38,870 nt of DNA, taken from contig JAFCEI010000001.1 of assembly GCA_017609245.1 (NCBI GenBank), positions 1-38,870 on the forward strand. Reading direction: 5' to 3'. The notes beneath the pieces are model-generated. The model did not search any database, was not told the origin of the DNA, and saw only the letters and a list, made by a program, of their open reading frames with translations. Each line of letters starts with the position of its first letter. Positions within the stretch are counted from its first letter, which is position 1. The position numbers and the translations under genes are program-made. The DNA is from Candidatus Woesearchaeota archaeon (GTDB taxonomy: Archaea > Nanobdellota > Nanobdellia > Woesearchaeales > JAFCFN01). This document shows, piece after piece, positions 25,962 to 33,414 of the stretch.

Positions 25962-26637
25962 GATTCTCTAATATTTCCTGTTCTTCTGAAAGTGTTTTTT
26001 CTTCAGCTTCTGTAAGTTTAGAGACTGCTTCTTTGTCTTTTTTCTGCTTGAATATTTCTTCCTGCTCTTTTATTGCTTTTTTTGCCTCTTCAATCGCTGT
26101 TTCTCTTGTGTTAATGTGCGACTCCATCTTATTTATCTTTTCCCTTATGTCTTCTGACATCTGGGACTTGAATGCTATCTTTGCTTCGCTTGTGGGCAGA
26201 TCAAAGTATTCAAAAAAGTGCTCTGTTAATTTGATTTTTCTTGTCCTTCCAAATGGTTCTCTTGATATGAAGCCCATCTCTTCAAGTTCCTTAAGATGAT
26301 CATAAGCCTTGTTTGTCCTTATCTTAATCACCTCTGCTTGGAGGCAAGGATATTTCCACGCGATAACTGCCAGTGTTTCCATCAAAGTCTTGCTCAGTTC
26401 TGCCTGAGTAACCACTTTCTGCAGCAGAGGAAGATGTTCTTCCTTGACATAAAGCTTGTAGCCGTCTGGCTCTTCAATCAGTTTTAAGGCTGTGTCTTTT
26501 TTTTCATATTCTTTTTTTAGCTGAGCTATTGCTTCTTTAAGAATGCTGAGGTCTTTTATTCCTGTTAGTTCAGAAAGTTCCTGTAGCTTTACTTTTTTTC
26601 CTAAAGAAAACAACAGTGCCTCTACTTTATCTTTCAT
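25951..26637 (-). CDS. scpB: Segregation and condensation protein B-like (tandem winged helix) with a coiled-coil tail
   Basis: VEALLFSLGKKVKLQELSELTG...LSKTLMETLAVIAWKYPCLQAEVIKIRTNKAYDHLKELEEMGFISREPFGRT..KIKLTEHFFEYFDL. Confidence 0.75.
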   Translation of the reverse strand: MKDKVEALLFSLGKKVKLQELSELTGIKDLSILKEAIAQLKKEYEKKDTALKLIEEPDGYKLYVKEEHLPLLQKVVTQAELSKTLMETLAVIAWKYPCLQAEVIKIRTNKAYDHLKELEEMGFISREPFGRTRKIKLTEHFFEYFDLPTSEAKIAFKSQMSEDIREKINKMESHINTRETAIEEAKKAIKEQEEIFKQKKDKEAVSKLTEAEEKTLSEEQEILENLGE

Positions 26638-26689
26638 CTGTTTGAAAAACCTCTCAGTTTTTTAAACCTTGAAAATTTTTCTAAAATTT

Positions 26690-27310
26690 TCATTGTATGT
26701 AAGAATATTTATCTTCTTTTTTTTCTATCTTTTCCTGCTTGATCAGCGCGTCTATGAATGGCTGGACCTGTTCAGCAGGTATGCCTACATCTTTGCTTAT
26801 CTCTTCGATTGTCTTGTCTTTTTCCTTTAATGACAGCTTGAATATGTTCCGCAGCAAAGCTGATGCATTTTGCTTTAATATTGTGTTTTCTGCATTCTTG
26901 TTTTTCAAAACCATGTCCATCTGGTGAAGCCTTGCAAGCAGATCATTCAGGAACCCTGCAGTGTCATTTGATGTAAACTTCATGCTTTCAGGTTCAATTA
27001 TATCAATTGATGATGGCATGAACTCAAAGCATATGCCCACCAAAGTAGGTATATCTTTTACAAGTATCTCCATTTCTGTAAAAGCTGAGAATATCTGCGC
27101 TTTTGTTATCTTTTGGCCCGGAATTTCCTGCTCTTTTGCAGGTGCTTTGTCTGAGCTGATTAAATCTACCCCCTTTACCTGCTTCATGCTTTCTTCAACC
27201 AGGCCTATTGTCTTCTCAACATGCTCTTTTGGAGAGCCTGCTATCTCAACTATTATTCTGCATTGGATTGCACCATCTTGTATCTTTTCTTTGATTTCTT
27301 GGTCTTTCAT
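26690..27310 (-). CDS. Hypothetical protein with a C-terminal winged-helix-like domain
   Basis: 206 aa. The N-terminal region looks alpha/beta (IIVEIAGSPKEHVEKTIGLVEE...FEFMPSSIDIIEP). The C-terminus reads KTIEEISKDVGIPAEQVQPFIDALIKQEKIEKK. No ScpA/kleisin signature. Confidence 0.45.
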   Translation of the reverse strand: MKDQEIKEKIQDGAIQCRIIVEIAGSPKEHVEKTIGLVEESMKQVKGVDLISSDKAPAKEQEIPGQKITKAQIFSAFTEMEILVKDIPTLVGICFEFMPSSIDIIEPESMKFTSNDTAGFLNDLLARLHQMDMVLKNKNAENTILKQNASALLRNIFKLSLKEKDKTIEEISKDVGIPAEQVQPFIDALIKQEKIEKKEDKYSYIQ

Positions 27311-27311
27311 C

Positions 27312-29477
27312 TTAAATCTTTTTCCAGGTTAAAAATGCATTAACTAAAAACATTGCCCCAAAAAGCATCCAGATAACAAGTTTTTTTGTTTTTTCTGATG
27401 ATGATTCGTAAACTGTCACTTTTTCAGAGCAGGTTTGTCCAAGTATGTTATCTGAACTAAAACCTTGTTGATTTATATTTGTTTCGGAAACAGACGTTGA
27501 AGCAGTCAGAGGCGCTTTTAAAGTGATTATTTCTGTAAGTTCTTTTGGGGTTTTTTGATTGTCTTTTATTATCTTGACCTTAAACTTGTATGAACCAGGC
27601 TTTGCTTCAATTACTGTGTTCTTAAGATCTACTATGACTGATGAATCACCAGGAAGGGTTATTGTTTGTGCATTTTCTTCCCTTTCACCTGAATAGCATT
27701 TGCTGCCCCTATACACATAACTCCATATATCCAATATGTGCTCTTCAGAGTCAGATGTTATCTTTACTTTTGCTGTGAATTCCTTGCCTATTTCTATCTC
27801 ATCAGGCAGTGAGAATATGTTGTATGAGAATTTTTGGCTTGATGATCCTGAAGATGATGTTGTTTTGTCGCATAATGATGAAGTTATTCCCTCAATAGTG
27901 AAGCTGGCTGAATCTGATGAGTCAAGACCTTCTAGTTTTATGTCATATGAGCCATCATCATACCTCTCGTTGCAGTTTGGCTTTAGCTGGACAGGTATTG
28001 TAAATGTGTAGTTTGTGAATTTTGTCAGTGTGTGAATTTTTGATGTTTTGGATGATACTTTTGTGCTTCCTTCTGCCCACAAAGATGTTGAATACTTTGA
28101 TGTGTCGCCCCTGTAAATATTCACCTTAACATCTATAGCTTCTCCGAATTTTGCCTTGTTATCTGAGCCGAGCTTTACTTCTACTATCTTGACATAAGAT
28201 TCATTATGTGGTGTGTTGTTAAAGTATTGGGGGTTTTTAACAATGACTTGCTGCTCAGAAGAGTCATCTGATGGGTTTGTATCATTGCATGATATAAATG
28301 AAAGGTTTGTCCTGATAAGGAACACCTTATCTGACTCGTCTATCTTTGGTTTCCATGATTTTCTGTTTGTGTTAAGTGTTGTTATTTTTTTTCTTGCGAT
28401 ATTTCCAAACAAATCCTCAAACCAGTAAGTTATCTTATAAGGATAGGTTGTGTCAGAAAGCAGGGGTATGAATTTTATTGATTCTGGTGTGCTGTATATC
28501 TCCTGTGTTGCGTTTATGCCCAGCGACAGATTGCATGGGATTGTGCTTGTGTCGATTACTTCAATATCCAAACAGTCTGACATGTTTGTGTTGTTTTCTA
28601 AATAACCGCAAACTGTATAATTTCCTGCATATTCAAAATATATGCTACCTGTATCTGCTGTTTTTGAGCAGCCTACCTCTACTGTGAAATTGCTCTCTTT
28701 GATATAATCTTCAAGCCAATAATCGTAGATATCATAGATTACAGTAACATTTTCTTTGTCAGAACAATTGTTTTTGTTTTTTATCTGAATCTTAAAAAGT
28801 TTTGTATAATTAATTTGGTCAAACAAGAATACATCTGCATATACCTTAAGGTAGATCTCTTTTTCAGGCGGTCCAAGTTCAATAATCTCGTTAGGCTGGC
28901 CAGGCGTAGGGTCTGCAACTATCCAGTACCCATCGATAAACTGCAAGGATTTGCCATTTGCCTCTTCATCTAGCTCATAGATCATATCATTATGATATAC
29001 TTCAGTTGAATTATACCAGAAAAAGTCTGTCAGGTTACAATCTTCACCTGCTCCTGCACCACAATACCATATCTCAATATAATCTTCTGTGTTTTTTAGA
29101 TTATTTCCAATTCTATCGCATCTTGGGTCTCCAAACTCATCAAAATGAGTCCAGTCCATTGGGTTGAATATCACATCAATATTGTCAAAGGTGTCATAAA
29201 ATGATGAATAACAGGATGCAATTATGAAATATGTTGCGTTTGTTCCATTGATGTATGCTGAGTAGTCCTGTATCTGCTGCTCATATTTGTCGTCAGCAAT
29301 AAACCATCCGTCAAAAAAATCAACATACTCATTGTCTGGGTTGTATATCTCAACCCATTCAGCATCTGCGTCATAGCTTTCTGGATTGTACATGACCTCA
29401 TTTATTGAGAGGTCTGCCAAAGCTATTGGTGATATAAATACAAATATTTGAATCGCGAGCAGCAGTTTTAGTTTCAT
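27312..29477 (-). CDS. Large cell-surface protein: signal peptide, lamin-tail domain (LTD), Cys- and N-x-S/T-rich ectodomain, C-terminal TM anchor
   Basis: MKLKLLLAIQIFVFISPIALA is followed by LSINEVMYNPESYDADAEWVEIYNPDNEYVDF..GWFIAD, the LTD signature. I count at least 15 N-x-S/T sequons by eye. The C-terminus is KKLVIWMLFGAMFLVNAFLTWKKI. Confidence 0.7.
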   Translation of the reverse strand: MKLKLLLAIQIFVFISPIALADLSINEVMYNPESYDADAEWVEIYNPDNEYVDFFDGWFIADDKYEQQIQDYSAYINGTNATYFIIASCYSSFYDTFDNIDVIFNPMDWTHFDEFGDPRCDRIGNNLKNTEDYIEIWYCGAGAGEDCNLTDFFWYNSTEVYHNDMIYELDEEANGKSLQFIDGYWIVADPTPGQPNEIIELGPPEKEIYLKVYADVFLFDQINYTKLFKIQIKNKNNCSDKENVTVIYDIYDYWLEDYIKESNFTVEVGCSKTADTGSIYFEYAGNYTVCGYLENNTNMSDCLDIEVIDTSTIPCNLSLGINATQEIYSTPESIKFIPLLSDTTYPYKITYWFEDLFGNIARKKITTLNTNRKSWKPKIDESDKVFLIRTNLSFISCNDTNPSDDSSEQQVIVKNPQYFNNTPHNESYVKIVEVKLGSDNKAKFGEAIDVKVNIYRGDTSKYSTSLWAEGSTKVSSKTSKIHTLTKFTNYTFTIPVQLKPNCNERYDDGSYDIKLEGLDSSDSASFTIEGITSSLCDKTTSSSGSSSQKFSYNIFSLPDEIEIGKEFTAKVKITSDSEEHILDIWSYVYRGSKCYSGEREENAQTITLPGDSSVIVDLKNTVIEAKPGSYKFKVKIIKDNQKTPKELTEIITLKAPLTASTSVSETNINQQGFSSDNILGQTCSEKVTVYESSSEKTKKLVIWMLFGAMFLVNAFLTWKKI

Positions 29478-29589
29478 TTTGCCTCATCGGACTTAAGATC
29501 ATTAAAAAATAAATTTTATGAAACAGGTTTAACAAACAACATATTAAACTACAATAAAATATTTATAAAAAATACATTTATTAAAATTT

Positions 29590-29826
29590 ATGGTAAACAG
29601 AACATATCTTGCGAAATACACTACTAATTCAAGCATGTATGATGGTGGGGCGTGGATGCCTGATCCTGAGCCGCACAAAGATGAATACAGGTTTCAGGCT
29701 AATGGTGACAAACAGGCACAGAGACTGGCTGAAGAGCATAAAAGAGACATAGGCAAGAGATATTTTGGGCCAAGTGTCACTCTTGACAGCCTGGTGAGAA
29801 TAGAAGATGTCTATTTAAAGAAATAA
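29590..29826 (+). CDS. Hypothetical protein (78 aa)
   Basis: ORF with ATATTTATAAAAAAT about 25 nt upstream, consistent with a leaderless start. No motif recognised. Confidence 0.35.
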   Translation: MVNRTYLAKYTTNSSMYDGGAWMPDPEPHKDEYRFQANGDKQAQRLAEEHKRDIGKRYFGPSVTLDSLVRIEDVYLKK

Positions 29827-29827
29827 A

Positions 29828-30838
29828 TCAATCTTTCCATATGCCTGGGATCAGCGTTTTGCAGTTCGGACATTTTCCTTGTTTCAAATTGTTTTTGATT
29901 ATGCTAAAGCCAGATCTCTCTATTAGAAGTTCTTTGCATCCTGGACAATATGTGTTTTCAGCTTTTGTTGCTGGAATGTTTCCAACATAAACATATTTTA
30001 ATCCTGTTTCTAAAGCAATTTCTCTTGCTTTTAACAAAGTTGCAGAAGTTGTTGAAGCGAGGTTTTTCAGCTTATAATGGGGATAAAAACCTGTGAAATG
30101 CACTGGAACATCTGCTCCAAGGTTGTTTTTAATCCATGTGCACATCTGTTTTATTGTTTTCATGTTATCATTTAAAGTTGGAATGATCAGGTTTGTAAGT
30201 TCTATCCATGTTTTTGTTTTGCGTATATTTTTTACTGATTCTAGAACAGGTTTTAATGATGCAAAACAATATTTTTTGTAGAACTGCTCTGTAAATCCTT
30301 TGAAATCAATGTTTGCTGCATCAATATATTTGTATAATTGTTTCAGGGGTTCTGGATTTATAAAAGCTGATGTTACCAGAATATTCTTTATTCCTGCTTT
30401 TTTTGCCAGCCTTGCTGTTTCTAAAACATATTCATAAAATATGGTTGGTTCATTATAAGTATATGCAATTGTTTTGCAGTTATTTTCAATTGCATTTTGA
30501 ACAACTGCTTCTGGCCCCATAATCTCGTAGGGAATATCTTCTGGGTTTGCCTGCGATATTTCCGAGTTTTGGCACCACTGGCAATGCAGATTGCACCCTG
30601 CTGTTCCAATTGAAAATGCTGCTGTATCTGGGAGAAAGTGGAATAGCGGCTTTTTCTCAATAGGGTCTACTGCAACTGAGCAGGGTTTTGCATAAACCAA
30701 AGAGATTAGTTTTCTATTGATGTTTTTCCTTGCTCTGCAATCACCTCTGCTGTTTGGCGATATTACACAAAATTTTGGGCAGAGCTGGCACTGGACTTTT
30801 TTATCAGGCAGCTCGTTGTAATATGATGCTTGATGCAT
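29828..30838 (-). CDS. Radical SAM enzyme, AmmeMemoRadiSam-system type (PflA-like activase fold)
   Basis: The N-terminal Cys cluster is CQLCPKFCVISPNSRGDCRARKN and the radical SAM motif is GCNLHCQWCQN. Start reset to MHQASYY (30836-30838), behind a TTATAAA box; the track ORF starts at 30886. Confidence 0.75.
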   Translation of the reverse strand: MHQASYYNELPDKKVQCQLCPKFCVISPNSRGDCRARKNINRKLISLVYAKPCSVAVDPIEKKPLFHFLPDTAAFSIGTAGCNLHCQWCQNSEISQANPEDIPYEIMGPEAVVQNAIENNCKTIAYTYNEPTIFYEYVLETARLAKKAGIKNILVTSAFINPEPLKQLYKYIDAANIDFKGFTEQFYKKYCFASLKPVLESVKNIRKTKTWIELTNLIIPTLNDNMKTIKQMCTWIKNNLGADVPVHFTGFYPHYKLKNLASTTSATLLKAREIALETGLKYVYVGNIPATKAENTYCPGCKELLIERSGFSIIKNNLKQGKCPNCKTLIPGIWKD

Positions 30839-30934
30839 ATTTGCAATATATATTGTCAGATTTATAAGTTTGTTGATGTATGGCAAAGTTTAAAAACTGC
30901 AACCAGTTTATAATATAACGACAGAAGTGATTTT

Positions 30935-31087
30935 ATGAAAGATAAATCAAAAGAATTGATGATCGTTTCAATTGTGGCAATTGTTGCTATTGTCAGCTTA
31001 GTTCTTATCTCAGCTAATGAGAATAATATGACAGGTGCTGTGCCTGCAAGACTGGTGGAGTTATCTCCAGATGCTGAATGGATTTGA
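30935..31087 (+). CDS. Candidate 50-aa single-pass membrane protein
   Basis: Unlisted ORF MKDKSKELMIVSIVAIVAIVSLVLISANENNMTGAVPARLVELSPDAEWI. Coding status is unproven. Confidence 0.3.
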   Translation: MKDKSKELMIVSIVAIVAIVSLVLISANENNMTGAVPARLVELSPDAEWI

Positions 31088-31246
31088 GATAATTATATGT
31101 CCTGATGGAAGATCAAAAGTTGAGGTTAAGCAAAGACATACAATATGCTCAGAAATTTGAGTATTTTTTCTTTTCTTTTTCATATATAGAATAGGAAAAG
31201 CTTTAAATATGCGTTGTGCTTTTTAGTCATTAAAGGGGTGTAAAAC

Positions 31247-31732
31247 ATGGGTTTTTTAGGACTTACAAAGAAGAAGAAGAAAGAGAAGAAACCATTAAAA
31301 CCGTTTTCTGAAGTTGAGTTTCCACCGATGCCTTCTGAATTGTTTGGAGATATGGATGAAACTGAAATTCCTGCTCCACCAAAAGACATTTTTCCTAAAA
31401 AGATGCCTGAGATATCAGAAGAAAAAGGGCTTGCTGAGACAAGGCCCATAGAACATAAGCCTATTGAAGAGATTTCAGAGGATTTGAAAGAGGTTGAAGA
31501 AAAACTCAGGATCAGGCCAAAGAAATCGATTTTTGTCAGTTCAAATAAGTTCAGGGGGATGCTTTCAGAAATAAAGACTAGCAAGAAAAAGCTATCAGAC
31601 ATTAAAACTGCTATTGGGGGCGCTGGTGAACTGAAGTCTAAAAAAGACAAGGAATTTGAGATATGGAGAGAGGAATTAGAAGATATCCAGAGAAAATTGA
31701 TATTTATTGATAAAACATTGTTTGGAGGTTAA
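31247..31732 (+). CDS. Hypothetical protein: disordered Pro/acid-rich N-terminus plus a ~66-aa C-terminal coiled-coil module (paralog A)
   Basis: SD AAAGGGGTG; CTTTAAATA box at 31201-31209. The C-terminal module aligns to the next gene product. Confidence 0.6.
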   Translation: MGFLGLTKKKKKEKKPLKPFSEVEFPPMPSELFGDMDETEIPAPPKDIFPKKMPEISEEKGLAETRPIEHKPIEEISEDLKEVEEKLRIRPKKSIFVSSNKFRGMLSEIKTSKKKLSDIKTAIGGAGELKSKKDKEFEIWREELEDIQRKLIFIDKTLFGG

Positions 31733-31733
31733 G

Positions 31734-31964
31734 ATGAATCAAGGAATGCCTGTTTTTGTAAAAATTGAAGATTATAAAGATGTGCTGGACATACTTGGTA
31801 TGTTAAAAGCAAAGATAGAAGAAGCTAAAAAAACGCTGGCCAATGTTGGTGAATTGAAAGATAAAGAGGATTCTGAATTAGCTGAGTGGAAAGCAGAGAT
31901 TGGAGATGTTGAGAAAAAAGTAGATTACATTGATCATGCTTTGTTCAAGCCAGAGGCTGTTTAA
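31734..31964 (+). CDS. Hypothetical 76-aa protein consisting of the same module (paralog B)
   Basis: Start reset to ATG 31734, behind GGAGGT; the stop of the upstream gene lies between the two. The track ORF starts at 31707. Confidence 0.6.
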   Translation: MNQGMPVFVKIEDYKDVLDILGMLKAKIEEAKKTLANVGELKDKEDSELAEWKAEIGDVEKKVDYIDHALFKPEAV

Positions 31965-32019
31965 ATAAAGAAAATCTTGCATAGATTTTCTGTCTTTTAA
32001 ACTTTGGAGAAGATTTAAA

Positions 32020-32415
32020 ATGGTTAATGAAAAGGAAGATGTTTTTTACATTGGAGTAAAAGAGCCTGGCTCTGTAAGAAAGGCTGTTCTAGAGAGCAGT
32101 AAGTCTATTGTTGAAGGTTTGCAGAGATATGAACGATTTAAGATGACTCGGGAGCAGAAGGCTGCAGAGATCGTGAGGCTGCAGGAAGATGTTAAAGAAA
32201 TCAATAAACTGCTGACTAAGCTGAAGAGTTTGCTGCCTGCAACAAAATTAAAAGAGCTTGCTCCTAAAAAGGTTAAAAAATCAAAAGTAAAGGCTAAGAA
32301 AATTGAGGAAAAGCCTGCTGAAAAACCAGTTATGAAAAAACTTCCAAAACCGAAAGAGGTTGAGAAATTAGAAGATGAGCTGGCAGATATTGAAAGGAAA
32401 TTAGCCAACATATAG
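32020..32415 (+). CDS. Hypothetical coiled-coil protein with a Lys-rich tail (possible distant paralog C)
   Basis: GGAG SD. VFYIGVKEPGSVRKAVLESSKSIVEGLQRYERF..., then a heptad-like helix, a K-rich spacer and a terminal EVEKLEDELADIERKLANI helix. Confidence 0.55.
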   Translation: MVNEKEDVFYIGVKEPGSVRKAVLESSKSIVEGLQRYERFKMTREQKAAEIVRLQEDVKEINKLLTKLKSLLPATKLKELAPKKVKKSKVKAKKIEEKPAEKPVMKKLPKPKEVEKLEDELADIERKLANI

Positions 32416-32420
32416 GTAAG

Positions 32421-32429
32421 TTTTTAAAT
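32421..32429 (+). promoter_or_regulatory. TATA box for tRNA-Leu
   Basis: TTTTTAAAT is centred about 29 nt upstream of the tRNA 5' end. Confidence 0.45.
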
Positions 32430-32453
32430 CAATTATTTCTTTTATTATATTAT

Positions 32454-32560
32454 GCGGGGATGCCGGAGTGGTCAAACGGGATAGAAGACGCAAAAGTGTC
32501 TGTCCAAGCTCAAGACCTATTGGCTTAGTGCCTACGAGGGTTCAAACCCCTTTCCCCGCA
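32454..32560 (+). tRNA. tRNA-Leu (CAA), class II, with an apparent 23-nt intron inside the 5' strand of the anticodon stem (32485-32507)
   Basis: Hand fold:
- Acceptor GCGGGGA/UCCCCGC with A73.
- T arm GAGGG-UUCAAAC-CCCUU.
- Long variable arm UGGCUUAGUGCCUAC.
- Anticodon loop CUCAAGA with 3' stem CCUAU.
- The matching 5' stem AUAGG is split as AUAG / 23 nt / G. Confidence 0.7.
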
Positions 32561-32644
32561 TTTACTTCTTTTTTATTATATGCACTGGTCACTGGACATC
32601 TTTGCACGCAGGATATTTAAATATAAAAGTCTTAGATATTATTA

Positions 32645-33395
32645 ATGGCAGATCAATATTTGGCTGAAATTTTAGGTGCTTTTATAGGAGATGGCTGGAT
32701 AGAAAAAAAGAGGTACTGCATTGTATATAACTGGAGATCCAACAGAAGACAAAGTTTACTACGATTTATTCTTGGCCCCATTATTTTCAAAATATTTTGT
32801 TTATACTAAACCTAAATCTTTTCCATACTGGGGCGTTTATGGGTTGTCATCATATAGAAAAGAAGTGATAAATAAGGCTTTGAAACTTGGTTTTCAATCT
32901 GGGAAAAAGGCTCTTGTTGCTGAACTTCCTAAATATATATTTGACAGTAAAAATACAGAAATAATCAAAGGTGTATTGAGAGGGGTATTTGATACAGATG
33001 GTTCGTTTTGGTGTGAAAAATCCAGATCTAAAACATCTACTGCATGGAAAAGAAAATATCATAGTCATCCAGAATTAAGAATTACTTCTTGTTCTAAAAA
33101 ATTATTACAACAACTTAAAATATTATTAGACAGACTCAATATTAAATCACAAATAAAACAAAAAACAACTGCAGGAAGAAAATATAATAGAAATTGTAAT
33201 GATTGTTTTGCTTTACAGATACGAAAAATAAGCGAGATTATTAAGTGGTTTGAGGTTATTGGTACAAATAATCCTCGCCACAAAACTAAATGTGATATAT
33301 GGAAAAAGTTTGGATTTTTACCTCCTTATACAAAAATTGAAGAAAGACTTAAAATATTAAAAGGAGAAATTGAACCAGGAAAGTATTATAAATAG
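32645..33395 (+). pseudogene. Free-standing double-motif LAGLIDADG homing-endonuclease-like gene interrupted by a frameshift at an A7 run (32703-32709)
   Basis: The frame from ATG 32645 gives MADQYLAEILGAFIGDGWIEKK (first LAGLIDADG motif) and then stops at 32807-32809. The track ORF 32721..33395, in the next frame, continues (KKRGTA)LYITGDPTEDK... and holds the second motif VLRGVFDTDGSFW. Removing one A joins the two frames. A TATTTAAATATAAAA box lies about 25 nt upstream. Confidence 0.6.
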
Positions 33396-33414
33396 ATAAA
33401 TTTTCTTTTTGTGT

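Noticed and set aside
26690-27310. Calling the gene upstream of scpB as scpA
   Set aside because: The N-terminal kleisin/ScpA signature is absent and the protein is shorter with a different N-domain. It is kept as hypothetical; see the finding.
30421-30660. 79-aa minus-strand ORF inside the radical SAM gene
   Set aside because: It is an alternative frame of a gene whose main frame contains the CxxxCxxC radical SAM motif.
31088-31175. 29-aa ORF (MLNGFEIIICPDGRSKVEVKQRHTICSEI) overlapping the end of the 50-aa TM ORF
   Set aside because: It has no SD or promoter, is very short and has only two Cys. This is not enough to support coding.
31180-31650. 156-aa minus-strand ORF antisense to the first gene of the coiled-coil trio; likewise 32046..32411 minus, antisense to the third gene
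   Set aside because: Ser/Phe/Leu-rich low-complexity translations are typical of the reverse frame of Lys/Glu-rich genes. They have no SD or promoter, and the plus-strand genes have SDs and paralogy support.
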